Shown here one piece after another: positions 1 to 11,592 of a stretch of DNA of 64,000 nt (the stretch's first letter is position 1; the number at the start of each line of letters is the position of its first letter). The notes below the pieces were generated by a model. That model did not search any database. It saw only the letters and a program-made list of their open reading frames with translations, and was not told where the DNA came from. This stretch comes from Campylobacteraceae bacterium (GTDB lineage Bacteria; Campylobacterota; Campylobacteria; Campylobacterales; Sulfurovaceae). A program made the translations under genes and the position numbers. The DNA lies in assembly GCA_027056485.1 (NCBI GenBank), contig JALUKQ010000187.1:35073-99072 (forward strand), written 5' to 3'.

Positions 1-238
1 GAATTTGGGCAAAATCTTCCTTTTTGAGACCTATGCCAGATAGATTCATGGCTTTATATTCAAAGATACTTCTAAAATCATCATGTTTTTTAGATATCTC
101 TAGTTTATGGTAAAGAACTTCTAAGGATTTTAAATTTTCTTTACGCAGATCTAAACCAGATGCATTATGATTAGATGTTGTATCTATCTTCTGTTCCATT
201 TGATTTAGAAGCGTACTTAACTTATCTAGAGTACTCAC
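1..238 (-). CDS. Hypothetical protein, 5' part only (runs off the window start)
   Basis: Manual translation: AAGGA RBS, GTG at 238, open frame MSTLDKLSTLLNQMEQKIDTTS...FAQI to position 1; not in the ORF track. Confidence 0.65.
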   Translation of the reverse strand, partial: MSTLDKLSTLLNQMEQKIDTTSNHNASGLDLRKENLKSLEVLYHKLEISKKHDDFRSIFEYKAMNLSGIGLKKEDFAQI

Positions 239-358
239 TAGCTTATCCTTTCTTTAGGTATTTGATTTAATATAAATATATTATATACTATAATTAACAT
301 ATTTTAGATAAAATTAGGCGAAAATAAAAAAAATAATATTAAATGGATATAATAAAAT

Positions 359-1621
359 ATGGATTACTTAAAAATTAAAGGTGGAACTAAACTTTCTGGT
401 TCCATCAAAATATCTGGTGCAAAAAATTCTGCTCTTCCTGTTATAGCTGCAACGATACTTTCTGATAAACCGGTGAAATTAACCAATTTACCAAATGTTG
501 TAGACATACGTACACTTCTTAAACTTTTAGGGATACTTGGTGGAACTGTGGAGCATAATGATACTGTTGCTAATATTAATAATGGAACCATGAACTCTAC
601 TAAAGCAGTTTATGAGATAGTTTCTCAAATGAGAGCATCTATTTTAGTTTTAGGACCTCTTCTTGCTCGTTTTGGTGAGTGTGAGGTAAGTCTTCCTGGA
701 GGTTGTGCTATTGGTCAGCGTCCTATTGACTTACACTTAAAAGCTTTAGAAGCTTTAGGTGCTACTATAGAAATAAAAGGTGGATACGTAAGAGCAGAAG
801 CACCCAATGGTTTAAAAGGTGCAAAAATAGTTTTTGACAAAATTACCGTTGGTGGAACAGAAAATATTGTAATGGCTGCAGCTTTAGCACATGGTACAAC
901 CACTATAGTTAATGCAGCAAAAGAGCCAGAGATAGTACAACTTTGTGAAATGATAGCTGATGCAGGTGTTAAAATAGAAGGAATAGGAACTTCTGAAATT
1001 ACCATAGAGGGAACAGGAGGGAAACCTTTAATGTTTAAAGATGTAGAGATTATTCCTGATAGAATAGAAGCTGGAACCTATCTTTGTGCAGCAGCCATTA
1101 CAGCATCTACTATTACACTTGAAAAAGTAAACTCAACACATATAGATGCGTCTATAGATAAGCTTGAAGATATGGGATGTACTTTTGATATAGAAGATGA
1201 AAAGATTACTATACATGGTAATAGACGATTGAAACCAGTTACTTTGATTACGACGGAGTATCCAGGATTCCCAACTGATATGCAAGCACAGTTTATGGCA
1301 GTAGCTACTATGGCGATAGGTGAAAGTGTTATAGAAGAGCGACTTTTTGAAAATCGTTTTATGCATGTTTCAGAGCTTAATCGCTTGGGAGCTGATATTT
1401 GGTTAAAAGGTTCAGTAGCAGCTGTAAATCCTGTAGCAGAATTATATGGGGCTGATGTTATGGCGACAGATTTACGTGCAAGTTCTGCACTTGTATTGGC
1501 AGGGTTGGTAGCAAATGGTACAACAAATGTACATAGAATTTATCATCTAGATAGAGGGTATGATAACTTAGAGGGAAAATTGGCTTCACTTGGAGCAGAT
1601 ATTTCACGCTTGAGTGAGTAG
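359..1621 (+). CDS. murA: UDP-N-acetylglucosamine 1-carboxyvinyltransferase
   Basis: [19 protein letters not shown] (catalytic Cys), [21 protein letters not shown] motifs. Confidence 0.98.
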   Translation: MDYLKIKGGTKLSGSIKISGAKNSALPVIAATILSDKPVKLTNLPNVVDIRTLLKLLGILGGTVEHNDTVANINNGTMNSTKAVYEIVSQMRASILVLGPLLARFGECEVSLPGGCAIGQRPIDLHLKALEALGATIEIKGGYVRAEAPNGLKGAKIVFDKITVGGTENIVMAAALAHGTTTIVNAAKEPEIVQLCEMIADAGVKIEGIGTSEITIEGTGGKPLMFKDVEIIPDRIEAGTYLCAAAITASTITLEKVNSTHIDASIDKLEDMGCTFDIEDEKITIHGNRRLKPVTLITTEYPGFPTDMQAQFMAVATMAIGESVIEERLFENRFMHVSELNRLGADIWLKGSVAAVNPVAELYGADVMATDLRASSALVLAGLVANGTTNVHRIYHLDRGYDNLEGKLASLGADISRLSE

Positions 1622-1640
1622 TCATAGGTTATTAGTAAAT

Positions 1641-1669
1641 AATCATACACTGCTTGGCACTGTATGATT
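1641..1669. terminator. Hairpin between convergent murA and the DksA-family gene
   Basis: AATCATACA...TGTATGATT inverted repeat. Confidence 0.5.
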
Positions 1670-1682
1670 TAAACTTTCTTAA

Positions 1683-2078
1683 TTATCTTCGATTATCAAG
1701 CTCATTTCTACAAGAGACACAATATTCAGAGAACATCTGAATTTTAAGTCTCTCTATATTTATTTTTTCCTCACACATGGTACAGATACCATATGTTCCT
1801 AAGGCTAATTTGTTAAGGCTTCTTTGTATTTTAATTAATGTTTTTTGTTGCTCTTGTAAAATGGTATTGCTTGTTAGGTTATCTATAACTATAGTAGCAT
1901 GGTCTGCCTCATCTTTTGCTTCACTATGGTTATTTAACTCTTCTATTTTTCTATCTACATTTTTTTGAATTTTCTCTTTTTGTCTCTCTAACTCTTGTTT
2001 AAAAAATAGTAGTTCTTCTTGGCTTAGTTGCTCATCACAATTTTGGTTGTAGTAGTTTGTGTCTAGTGCTATTGTCAT
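1683..2078 (-). CDS. DksA/TraR family C4 zinc-finger protein
   Basis: Coiled coil with DEADHA tip; YGICTMC...CVSC zinc finger. Confidence 0.88.
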   Translation of the reverse strand: MTIALDTNYYNQNCDEQLSQEELLFFKQELERQKEKIQKNVDRKIEELNNHSEAKDEADHATIVIDNLTSNTILQEQQKTLIKIQRSLNKLALGTYGICTMCEEKINIERLKIQMFSEYCVSCRNELDNRR

Positions 2079-2257
2079 AATTTACTCTCTTATAATTATT
2101 AATTTTTTATATTTATATATTATTAAGTAAATGAGATGAAAATGTGATAAATTTGAGCTAAATTAAAGAAAAATGAAATTTTTTTAAAAAAGCTGTTTAA
2201 TATTATTAAACCTCACAATTTTTATATTTTATGAGGTATAAAATATATTGTTTATGT

Positions 2258-3463
2258 TTATTCTTGTGAATTAGATTTCTCTTCTATCTTCCATGGTAAC
2301 CCTTGAACCATTAACTCCTCCATAAATGGGTCAGGGTCAAATTCTTCCATATTATAGACACCTTTCTTTTGCCATTTTCCTTCTAACATAAGCTTAGCTC
2401 CTATCATGGCTGGTACACCTGTGGTGTAGCTTACTCCTTGACTTAAGACCTCTTCGTAACATTTTTCATGGTCGCTTACTTGGTAGATATAGACAGTTTT
2501 TTCTTTTCCATCTTTTATACCTTTTGCATAGATACCAATATTGGTTTTACCTTTGGTTCTTGAACCCAAAGAGGCAGGGTCAGGAAGTAGGGTGGCTAGG
2601 AACTCCATAGGGACTATTTTTTGTCCTTTGTGTTCTACGTCTTTAATTCCTAACATTCCTACATTTTCTAAACATTTCATATGGGTTAAGTAACTTTCTC
2701 CAAAGGTCATAAAAAAACGAATACGCTTCAAGCCTTTAATATGTTTAATTAGAGATTCCATCTCTTCATGATAGAGTAAGTATGAATCTTTTTCTCCTAT
2801 TTCTGGGTAGTCCCAAACTTGCATAATCTCCATAGGTTCCGTTTCTATCCAAGAACCATTTTCCCAGTACCTACCTTTTGCAGAAACTTCACGTAGGTTG
2901 ATTTCAGGATTGAAATTTGTAGCAAAAGGATATCCATGATCACCAGCATTACAGTCTAGTATGTCTATGGTATGAATCTCATCAAAGTAATGTTTTTGGG
3001 CATAAGCACAGAAAACATTGGTTACTCCAGGGTCAAAACCAGAACCAAGAAGTGCCATGATATTTTCTTTTTTAAAGGCTTCATCTTTTGCCCATTGTTC
3101 TTTGTATTCAAACTTAGCAGTGTCAGGATGTTCATAGTTTGCAGTGTCTAAATAGTCAATACCACAGACTATACATGCATCCATAATGGTTAAATCTTGG
3201 TAGGGAAGGGCTACATTAATTACAATATTTGGTTTTAAAGATTTAAATAGTTCTATAAGTTTAGGAGTTGAGTCTGCATCTATGGTAGTTGTATCTATTT
3301 TTACTCCTACTTTATCTTTTATGTTTTTAGCAATAGAATCACATTTTTTAAGTGTTCGACTAGCTAGAGTAATCTCTCCAAATGTTTCACTGTTCATAGC
3401 ACATTTAAAAGCTACTACATTACCAACACCACCAGCACCAATGATTAACGTTTTTTTTGACAT
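2258..3463 (-). CDS. Saccharopine dehydrogenase family, probable carboxy(nor)spermidine dehydrogenase
   Basis: GAGGVG Rossmann motif, YLDTANYE, GFDPG, ATNFNPEINLRE; partner decarboxylase at 54834. Confidence 0.9.
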   Translation of the reverse strand: MSKKTLIIGAGGVGNVVAFKCAMNSETFGEITLASRTLKKCDSIAKNIKDKVGVKIDTTTIDADSTPKLIELFKSLKPNIVINVALPYQDLTIMDACIVCGIDYLDTANYEHPDTAKFEYKEQWAKDEAFKKENIMALLGSGFDPGVTNVFCAYAQKHYFDEIHTIDILDCNAGDHGYPFATNFNPEINLREVSAKGRYWENGSWIETEPMEIMQVWDYPEIGEKDSYLLYHEEMESLIKHIKGLKRIRFFMTFGESYLTHMKCLENVGMLGIKDVEHKGQKIVPMEFLATLLPDPASLGSRTKGKTNIGIYAKGIKDGKEKTVYIYQVSDHEKCYEEVLSQGVSYTTGVPAMIGAKLMLEGKWQKKGVYNMEEFDPDPFMEELMVQGLPWKIEEKSNSQE

Positions 3464-3610
3464 CTTTATTCCTTAATTAGAGTTCTATTTTTTCAAAATT
3501 ATACATATATTATTCAAAAATATGATTATTTATCTAATTCAACCCATATTTAGCAGATTTTAACTAAAATATCGCAGAAAAAATCACCCATAATAATAGG
3601 AATTTAAATA

Positions 3611-5839
3611 ATGTCAAAACCATTGGATAACTTAGATGAAGTACTTAAAAATCATAAACTTAGTCAAGAAGAATATACACATATATTAGAAATATTAGAT
3701 GGAAGACATCCAAATATTGTTGAGCTTGGAATCTTCTCTGCGATGTGGTCTGAACACTGTTCTTATAAGTCAAGTAAAAAGTACTTAAATGGTTTTCCTA
3801 CTAAAGCTCCATGGGTTATTCAAGGACCTGGTGAAAATGCTGGTGTTATAGATATTGGTGATGGTATGGCTGCTGTATTTAAAATGGAATCACATAACCA
3901 CCCAAGTTTTATAGAGCCGTATCAAGGTGCAGCTACTGGTGTAGGTGGAATTTTGAGAGATGTATTTACCATGGGTGCTAGACCTGTAGCAAATATGAAT
4001 GCTTTACGTTTTGGTAACATTACCAACAAAGATAACACTTCTAAATATCAAAGACACTTGGTTAAAGGAGTCACCGAGGGAATTGGTGGTTATGGGAACT
4101 GTATGGGTGTTCCTACCATTGGTGGTGAATGTTCATTTGATGACTCTTATAATGGTAACATCTTGGTAAATGCTTTTGCATTGGGTATTTGTAAAGCAGA
4201 TGAGATTTTTCTTGGAATTGCAGAGGGTGTTGGAAATACTGTAATGTATGTTGGTTCAAAAACAGGTCGTGATGGTCTTGGTGGAGCTGTTATGAGTTCA
4301 GACTCATTTACAGAAGAGTCAAAATCTTTACGTCCCACAGTTCAAGTGGGTGACCCTTTTATAGAAAAACTTCTGTTAGAAGCATGTTTAGAACTCTTTA
4401 AAACTAAAGATGTGGTTGTAGGAATACAAGATATGGGAGCAGCTGGACTTACAAGTTCTGCATTTGAGATGGCAGGAAAATCGGGTTCAGGTATGATTAT
4501 GAATTTAGACCAAGTTCCTGCTCGTGAAGAGGGAATGACTCCTTATGATTTTATGCTCTCCGAATCACAAGAGCGTATGCTGGTATGTGTTAAGAAAGGT
4601 AAAGAGCAAGAGGTTATTGATATTTTTGAAAAGTGGGATTTAGATGTAGCTGTTATAGGTGAGGTAACTGATACAGGTCGTATGGAACTTATGTGGCATG
4701 GCGAAAGAGTTTGTGATATGCCAATTGGTCCAGTAAGTGAAGAAGCTCCTATTTTAGATAGACCAATAGCTAGACCTAAGTATTTAGATGAGATTTCTGG
4801 AAAAAATATTGATAGTTATGATGTGGTTGATAATCAGACAGCTTTTGAAAAGCTGTTAAGTTCTATGGAAGTGGTTGATAAAGCTTGGATATATGAACAA
4901 TATGACTCAATGGTACAGACCAATACAACAAAAGCACCAGGAAGTTTAGATGCTTCTTGTATTCGTATTAAAGAGAATGGTAAAGCTTTAGCTATGTCTT
5001 CAGATTGTAATCCAAGATATTGTTATGTAGACCCACATAAAGGTGGGGCATTAGCTGTTGTAGAGTCAGGACGTAACGTTGCTATGTCAGGTGCAAGACC
5101 TTTGTCTATTACTGACTGTTTAAACTTTGGTAACCCAGAGAACCCAGAAGTTATGTGGCAATTTGCTGAAGCATGTGAAGGTATTAAAGTAGCATGTTTA
5201 GCACTTAACACACCTGTTGTTTCTGGAAATGTATCTCTTTATAATGAAACAAATGGTGTTTCTGTTTTCCCAACACCTGCTATAGCAATGGTTGGGCTAA
5301 ATGAAGATGAACATAAAGTTTTAGCCTCTTCATTTCAAGAAGATGAAAACCATTTGATTCTTATAGGTGATACAAAAACTGAATTTGGTGCTTCACTTTA
5401 CATTAAAGAGTTGTTTGGTGAGACTACAGGTTCGCTAGATGATATTGACTATGAAAAAGAGTTGGCTCTTTGGAAACTTGTAATAGATGCAAATGCACAA
5501 GGTCTTTTAGAGTCTGCTAAAGACTTAAGTTCAGGTGGAATTGCTATTGCATTAGCAAAAATGGCAGCAGTATCAGGAAGAGGTGTAGTTGCAGGTATAA
5601 GACTTGAAGACAAAAGAAGTATTTTTGACGAGTCACAATCTAGAGCTATTTTAGAAGTGAGTTCTAAAGAGAATATGGAATTGGTTTTAGCTATGGCAAA
5701 AGATTTAGGGTTATCAACCGATATTATTGGTAAAGTTGGTGGTGATATTGTTAAAATTAATGATGTTGAGATGAAACTAGATAGACTTAAAGCAACTTAT
5801 TTTAAAAGTTTTAAAGAGGTAGTAGAACAAGATATATAA
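3611..5839 (+). CDS. purL: Phosphoribosylformylglycinamidine synthase subunit PurL
   Basis: [32 protein letters not shown] motifs. Confidence 0.98.
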   Translation: MSKPLDNLDEVLKNHKLSQEEYTHILEILDGRHPNIVELGIFSAMWSEHCSYKSSKKYLNGFPTKAPWVIQGPGENAGVIDIGDGMAAVFKMESHNHPSFIEPYQGAATGVGGILRDVFTMGARPVANMNALRFGNITNKDNTSKYQRHLVKGVTEGIGGYGNCMGVPTIGGECSFDDSYNGNILVNAFALGICKADEIFLGIAEGVGNTVMYVGSKTGRDGLGGAVMSSDSFTEESKSLRPTVQVGDPFIEKLLLEACLELFKTKDVVVGIQDMGAAGLTSSAFEMAGKSGSGMIMNLDQVPAREEGMTPYDFMLSESQERMLVCVKKGKEQEVIDIFEKWDLDVAVIGEVTDTGRMELMWHGERVCDMPIGPVSEEAPILDRPIARPKYLDEISGKNIDSYDVVDNQTAFEKLLSSMEVVDKAWIYEQYDSMVQTNTTKAPGSLDASCIRIKENGKALAMSSDCNPRYCYVDPHKGGALAVVESGRNVAMSGARPLSITDCLNFGNPENPEVMWQFAEACEGIKVACLALNTPVVSGNVSLYNETNGVSVFPTPAIAMVGLNEDEHKVLASSFQEDENHLILIGDTKTEFGASLYIKELFGETTGSLDDIDYEKELALWKLVIDANAQGLLESAKDLSSGGIAIALAKMAAVSGRGVVAGIRLEDKRSIFDESQSRAILEVSSKENMELVLAMAKDLGLSTDIIGKVGGDIVKINDVEMKLDRLKATYFKSFKEVVEQDI

Positions 5840-5860
5840 AACCCTTTAAGGGTTTTATAT
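5834..5860. terminator. Bidirectional intrinsic terminator
   Basis: ATATAAAACCCTT-T-AAGGGTTTTATAT inverted repeat between convergent genes. Confidence 0.75.
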
Positions 5861-5861
5861 G

Positions 5862-6401
5862 TTAAACACACTCATATTCGTTTGATTCTGGGTAGAACTT
5901 TGCTTGTTTCGAATTATCACAATAAAGTTCTGAATGAGGAAGTAGAATTTCCTTTGTATCCTGATTTTCAATAGTTATCGTGGGTACTATAACTTCTTTT
6001 TCTAATTCAGCTTTTTTAAGACGTTGATTCATATAGTAAGCTTCTTTTTCTCTTTCACTCATTACATATTTTGAATGTTCAAAAACAATAGTATCTTCAG
6101 CATCGTAAAGAGTTAAATTATCTAGTAGGTAGTTCTCTTTTTCATTTTCATTCATAATATATTTAGAATGATCAAGTACGATGGTTCCTGTAGAACTATT
6201 GTTCGTAACACTAGTAGTCAAGTGTGATTTTTTTAAATTTTTAAATGCACTTGCTTTTTCTACAATATTTTTTGATTGAGTAAATTTAGATATATCAATA
6301 AAACATTTACCATCTTTACATTTTATAGTTTGTGCAGATATAGTATTTGATAATAATAGTGTTGATACAATAGTTGTCATTAAAAATTTTTTTTTGCTCA
6401 T
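5862..6401 (-). CDS. Hypothetical secreted protein with an internal duplication and two Cys pairs
   Basis: Signal-peptide-like N-terminus; GGAG RBS; CKDGKC; repeated TIV(L/F)(D/E)HSKY(I/V)M. Confidence 0.7.
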   Translation of the reverse strand: MSKKKFLMTTIVSTLLLSNTISAQTIKCKDGKCFIDISKFTQSKNIVEKASAFKNLKKSHLTTSVTNNSSTGTIVLDHSKYIMNENEKENYLLDNLTLYDAEDTIVFEHSKYVMSEREKEAYYMNQRLKKAELEKEVIVPTITIENQDTKEILLPHSELYCDNSKQAKFYPESNEYECV

Positions 6402-6615
6402 TAAACCATCTCCAAATGTGTTTTTATTTATAACTATTATGACTTAAAAGTATTGATATATCAATAGTTTTTTAAGATTTTTTTTAAAAAAGCATAAAAT
6501 AATCACATTTTATAGGGATTTTATAAAATTTCAAGTATAAAAAAATAAGATTAATTTTAAAATATTAATGAATGTATGATTTATAACAAAAAAAAATATG
6601 TATTATATTGTTGAT

Positions 6616-7377
6616 TTAAGATTGAGTTTCAAATGTGTCCCATATAGCAACTTTTTCTATGCTTGGAAAACCATCTAATACCTCTAATGGCTGAAATTTT
6701 GGTTTATAAGCAAATGCTTTACATCCATCTACCCAATAACCTAAATAAATCCATGGAAGTTCTAAAACTTTTGCAAGTTCAACTTGATAGAGTAGAGAAT
6801 ATGTTCCTAAAGAGAGAGAAGGATAATCAGGATTATAGTAGAAATAGATAGAAGATATTCCGTCGTCCAATATATCAATTAAATCAACACCGATTAATTC
6901 ATCGTCTTTTATGTATAGTACTTCTTTACCAAAGTCATGAGCACCTTCTACAAAGTTTTCTCTATATTCACGTGGTGATATATTTCTATGTGACCAGTCA
7001 TCTTTTTTATGTTTAAATGCATGGTATTTATTGTATAGGTCAATATGTGCTTGTGAAAGTGTAGGTTTTTGAATAATTATTTTTGTCTCTTTATTACGTT
7101 TTATTGCTTTTCTTTGAGACTTACGAAGTTGGAAGTTATTAACATCAATTCTTAGTGATTTACATTCATTACAACCATCACAAATAGGATGGAAATAGTA
7201 ACAGCCAAAACGACGCCATCCACGATGAATAAGAGCAGAGTTGTACTCTTGTGTTGCCTCTTCTATATGTTTATAACTCATTCGTACACTTTTATCTGGT
7301 AAATATGCACAGTCGTAGTCTAACATACAAAAGTCTGTTGATCGTGGTGGTGTTTCTGTAAAAATTTTATCTTTCAT
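6616..7377 (-). CDS. Arginyl-tRNA--protein transferase family (Ate/Bpt)
   Basis: CAYLPD, GWRRFG, CDGCNEC, SIYFYYNPD, SLGTYSLL, YLGYWV. Confidence 0.92.
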   Translation of the reverse strand: MKDKIFTETPPRSTDFCMLDYDCAYLPDKSVRMSYKHIEEATQEYNSALIHRGWRRFGCYYFHPICDGCNECKSLRIDVNNFQLRKSQRKAIKRNKETKIIIQKPTLSQAHIDLYNKYHAFKHKKDDWSHRNISPREYRENFVEGAHDFGKEVLYIKDDELIGVDLIDILDDGISSIYFYYNPDYPSLSLGTYSLLYQVELAKVLELPWIYLGYWVDGCKAFAYKPKFQPLEVLDGFPSIEKVAIWDTFETQS

Positions 7378-7447
7378 AAAGAGAATTTTATCTAAAAATT
7401 GTCAATTTATAGTAAAATTTGATTTATTTCTAACCAAAGGTAATTTT

Positions 7448-8155
7448 TTGTATCTATATCAACCAACAAATGCTTATGCATATAACAGTGATTCAATATT
7501 TCTGTATGATTTTATTTACTCTTTTCAACCTAAAGGCAGACTATTAGATGTTGGTTGTGGAGTTGGTATTATATCGCTATTACTGACGCGTGATTTTAAC
7601 ATAGAGACAACAATTATAGATAAACAAGAGTTTATGTTAAAATATGCAAAGCATAATTATGAACTTAATAATCTAAAGGTTCATAGTTTTTTAGGTGATT
7701 TTAGAGAGTTTTTAAATACAGAAAAGTATGATTTTGTAGTTTCAAATCCACCTTTTTATGATTCTAATGTAAAACAGAGTGAAAATGAGCATTTAAATAT
7801 AGCTCGGTATGCACACCATTTACCTATAGAATCATTTATAACTAAAGTTAAAAAGGTATTAAAACCAAGAGGTCGCTTTATATTTTGTTATGATGCAAAG
7901 CAACTAGATAGACTATTACTTACATTAACAGAGAATAAGATAAATCCTGAGGTAATACGTTTTGTACACTCTAAAATAGATAGAGATTCAAAGTTGGTTA
8001 TGATAGCAGCACGTATGAATTCAAAATCTATGATGAAGGTAATGCCACCACTTATTGTTTTTGATAAAGATAGTAATTATAATGAAGAGGCAAATAGAGC
8101 TTTTTTTAGAGCAAATACCAACAGTATAAAAGGGGATTATGATATTGGAAAATAA
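7448..8155 (+). CDS. SAM-dependent methyltransferase, TrmN6/YfiC-like (tRNA m6A37)
   Basis: LDVGCGVG, NPPFY, ARY motifs; TTG start. Confidence 0.8.
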   Translation: MYLYQPTNAYAYNSDSIFLYDFIYSFQPKGRLLDVGCGVGIISLLLTRDFNIETTIIDKQEFMLKYAKHNYELNNLKVHSFLGDFREFLNTEKYDFVVSNPPFYDSNVKQSENEHLNIARYAHHLPIESFITKVKKVLKPRGRFIFCYDAKQLDRLLLTLTENKINPEVIRFVHSKIDRDSKLVMIAARMNSKSMMKVMPPLIVFDKDSNYNEEANRAFFRANTNSIKGDYDIGK

Positions 8156-8531
8156 TATAATATTGAGTGAAGAGGGTTATGACTATAAGTTTACACCTTC
8201 AGCATGTGAAGAGTGTGGTGGTGCTTGTTGTACTGGACAGAGTGGCTATATATGGGCAAAATATCCAGAGATAGAAAAAATGGCTGATTTTTTAAAGTTA
8301 TCAGTAGAAGAATTTGCTACAATGTATATTAAAAAAGTTAAACATCGTTATTCTTTGATTGAAAAAAAATTAGATCAAGATAATTATGCTTGTATTTTTT
8401 TTGATAATGGTTTAAAACAGTGTACAATTTATTCTGTAAGACCACTACAATGTCGAACCTTTCCATTTTGGCAGACATTTAAAAATGATAAAGAAGAGGT
8501 AAAAAAAGAGTGCCCAGGAATCATAGACTAA
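8139..8531 (+). CDS. YkgJ family cysteine-cluster protein
   Basis: CEECGGACC, CIFFD, CTIYSVRPLQCRTFPFW, ECPG. Confidence 0.9.
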   Translation: MILENNIILSEEGYDYKFTPSACEECGGACCTGQSGYIWAKYPEIEKMADFLKLSVEEFATMYIKKVKHRYSLIEKKLDQDNYACIFFDNGLKQCTIYSVRPLQCRTFPFWQTFKNDKEEVKKECPGIID

Positions 8532-9868
8532 GTAATAGAACTACTATTGCAGTATCTCTGTTCATAGCTTTATCTATAGTTGGTTGTAGTAACTATACAC
8601 CAAATAGCACCCAAATAGCTAAAGATAAACTTGCAGAGTATAACCCAAAACATTTTTCGAATAAAGAAGTTTCTTCATCTTCAAAAAAACATTTGAAAAA
8701 TGAAGACGAACTCATTATGAGAGCTATTTGGTATGAACAGCAAGGTGACTTTAAACATAGTAATGAGCTTTATAATAAGCTTTATACTGAGACAAATAAT
8801 GAAGAGTATTTACTTAAAGAATCAATGACAGCTCTTTATAGAGGAAAGAAATCAAAAAATATTGCAAAATTACAAGAGTATGCTAAAGAGAGACCAAATG
8901 ATATTAAGCTTCAAAGAATCCTTCTCTCTTCTCTTCTTAATGAAAAAAGATATGAAGAGGCTAAGGTTGTAGCAAAAGAGTTGGTTTCCAAATCAAAACA
9001 GGCTATAGATTATGAATTAGCAGCGAATCCTTATATTTATACAGCAGATTATAAAGAGGCTATAAAGCTTTTATCTAAAGCTTATAGCAAAACGTATAAT
9101 GAAGATATATTAATTAAAATATCAACACTATTCGCAAATTATATGAAAGATGTTCCAGCTGCAATCATACGATTAGAAACGCATAGAGCCAATAGAGGAT
9201 GTGGAGAGAAAATTTGTCTACAGCTCTTAGATATTTATGCACAGCAGAATAACTTAGATAAAATTATATCTGTCTATGAGTCATTATATAATGAAACAAA
9301 AGAAGAGATTTATGCAGAAAAGCTAATTGATGCATATATTTATAGAAAAGAGTATCCTAAAGCCATTGACTTTTTAAAAAATAAATATGATAATAAAGAG
9401 TTACTCTATGCACTTTATATTGAGAAGAAGGATTATCAAAAAGCACTAAAGCTCTCAAAAGTACTATTAAAAGAGACGAATGATCCAAAATGGTATGCAG
9501 AGTCTGCAATGGCACTTTTTGAAAGTTCAAAGAATAAAAATGATAAGGCTATGTTAAGAGAACTTGTTAACTCTTTTGATAAAGCTATAGCAAATGGTAT
9601 TGAAAATAGTGTTTATTTAAACTATTATGGATATACCTTAATAGACAAAGAGATAGATGTTCCTAAGGGAATTATAATTATAAAAAAAGCATTAAAGATG
9701 GAGCCTGATAATACTTACTATTTAGATTCATTAGCATGGGGATACTATAAGTTACATGAATGTGATGAGGCTTATAATATAATGAAAAAAGTAATAGATA
9801 TAGAAGGTTTAAAAGAGAAAGAACTTATAGAGCATTGGGATGCTATAAGTTCAAAGTGTAAAAGATAA
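8510..9868 (+). CDS. TPR-repeat lipoprotein
   Basis: Lipobox IVGC; helical repeats; YLNYYGYTLID and YYLDSLAWGYYK. Confidence 0.82.
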   Translation: MPRNHRLSNRTTIAVSLFIALSIVGCSNYTPNSTQIAKDKLAEYNPKHFSNKEVSSSSKKHLKNEDELIMRAIWYEQQGDFKHSNELYNKLYTETNNEEYLLKESMTALYRGKKSKNIAKLQEYAKERPNDIKLQRILLSSLLNEKRYEEAKVVAKELVSKSKQAIDYELAANPYIYTADYKEAIKLLSKAYSKTYNEDILIKISTLFANYMKDVPAAIIRLETHRANRGCGEKICLQLLDIYAQQNNLDKIISVYESLYNETKEEIYAEKLIDAYIYRKEYPKAIDFLKNKYDNKELLYALYIEKKDYQKALKLSKVLLKETNDPKWYAESAMALFESSKNKNDKAMLRELVNSFDKAIANGIENSVYLNYYGYTLIDKEIDVPKGIIIIKKALKMEPDNTYYLDSLAWGYYKLHECDEAYNIMKKVIDIEGLKEKELIEHWDAISSKCKR

Positions 9869-9883
9869 GAAGAGGGTAAAGAC

Positions 9884-10678
9884 GTGGCACAAATATTAGA
9901 TGAAATTATAAAAAAAACAAAAGAAGACTTAGAGAAGAGAAAAATAGACTATCCTCCAGAGTGGTTAGGACGCTCTTTAGCATACAATCCTTTTGCTCCT
10001 AAAGATGTTTTTTCTGCTTTGAAATCAACAGAAGAAAATCCTTATAGAATTATTGCTGAAGTAAAGAAAGCCAGTCCCAGTAAAGGAATTATTAGAGAAG
10101 ATTTTGACCCTATGGTCATAGGTCAAGCTTATGAAAAAGGTGGGGCTGATTCACTCTCTATCTTGACTGAGCCTCATTTCTTTCAAGGAGACAAAGAGTA
10201 TTTAGGAATGGTTCGTAGATATACAAGTATTCCTCTTTTACGTAAAGACTTTATAGTAGATAAGTACCAAATCCTAGAAGCATTGGCATTTGGAGCTGAC
10301 TATTTGCTCCTTATCGCTACAGCACTAAGTACTAAAGATTTAAAAGAGCTTTTAAACTATACACGACACTTAGGTATGGAAGCATTGGTAGAAATTCATG
10401 ATAAAAAAGATTTGACTAAAGCTATTTTTGCTGGTGCAGATATTATTGGGATTAACCATAGAAATTTAGAAACTTTTGAGATGGATATGTCTTTAAGTTC
10501 CAAGCTGATACCTCTTATTCCTAATTCTAAAATAATTGTAGCAGAGAGTGGTATTACAGACCATGAGATGGTTAAAGAGCTTAGTAACGTAGGGGCAGAT
10601 GCCTTTTTAGTCGGTGAACATTTTATGCGTCAAGATGATATAACACAAGCCGTTAAAGATTTAAAATACGGTAAATAG
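9884..10678 (+). CDS. trpC: Indole-3-glycerol phosphate synthase
   Basis: [30 protein letters not shown]. Confidence 0.97.
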   Translation: MAQILDEIIKKTKEDLEKRKIDYPPEWLGRSLAYNPFAPKDVFSALKSTEENPYRIIAEVKKASPSKGIIREDFDPMVIGQAYEKGGADSLSILTEPHFFQGDKEYLGMVRRYTSIPLLRKDFIVDKYQILEALAFGADYLLLIATALSTKDLKELLNYTRHLGMEALVEIHDKKDLTKAIFAGADIIGINHRNLETFEMDMSLSSKLIPLIPNSKIIVAESGITDHEMVKELSNVGADAFLVGEHFMRQDDITQAVKDLKYGK

Positions 10679-10679
10679 T

Positions 10680-11495
10680 TTGACCAATATTGTTATAACA
10701 GGTTGTTCGACTGGTATAGGTTTTGCAACAGCAAAATATCTTCAAAATGAGGGTATAAAAGTTTATGCTACGGTTAGAGCTACAGAAGATATAGAAAAAC
10801 TTCAATCTTTAGGTCTTCAAAATGTTCTAAAACTTGATGTAAAAAAGCCTAATGAGATTAAATTAGTTATAGATTATGTGTTAAGCAAAGATAATAAAAT
10901 AGATGTTTGGTTTAACAATGCAGGTTTTGGACAAGCCGGTGCATTAGAAGATATAGAGACAAAGTTTTTACGTGAACAGTTTGAAACCAATGTCTTTGGG
11001 ATGCATGAAGCTACAAGACAAGTTATCCCTATTATGCGTAAACAAGGTTATGGAAAAATCATTCAACATAGTTCTGTTTTAGGTTTGGTCTCTCTATTTG
11101 GTCGTGGAGCCTACAATGCAAGTAAATATGCCATAGAAGGATTAGCAGATACTCTAAGGCTAGAGTTAGAGGGAAGTAACATTTATGTTAGTATCCTCAA
11201 TACCGGACCCGTTACAAGTGACTTTCGTAAAAATGCTATGAAGAAACTAGAAGATAATGTTGATATAGAAAATTCTATTTTCAAAGAAGCTTATATAAAA
11301 AACCTTTCAGCTAAAAAGAGTGATGTTCCTTTTAATGAAGAGGCTATCTCGGTGGCTAAGATAGTAGAAAAAATTATCTTAGCTAAAGAGCCAAAAGCAC
11401 GATATTATATTACAAAAGCTACATATCTCTTAGGTTATTTAAAACGTATTTTAAGTAGTCGAACATTAGATAAAATACTCTTAAAGATTGGATAA
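10680..11495 (+). CDS. Short-chain dehydrogenase/reductase (YbbO-like)
   Basis: TGCSTGIG, NNAG, YNASK. Confidence 0.92.
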   Translation: MTNIVITGCSTGIGFATAKYLQNEGIKVYATVRATEDIEKLQSLGLQNVLKLDVKKPNEIKLVIDYVLSKDNKIDVWFNNAGFGQAGALEDIETKFLREQFETNVFGMHEATRQVIPIMRKQGYGKIIQHSSVLGLVSLFGRGAYNASKYAIEGLADTLRLELEGSNIYVSILNTGPVTSDFRKNAMKKLEDNVDIENSIFKEAYIKNLSAKKSDVPFNEEAISVAKIVEKIILAKEPKARYYITKATYLLGYLKRILSSRTLDKILLKIG

Positions 11496-11592
11496 TAAAT
11501 AAGTATTATCTTTAAATAAGACAAATTTACTCTTTTTATGATATTATTATTTTAATTGTAGCTGTGAGTTCTATCATGGGTTAAAAATTATA

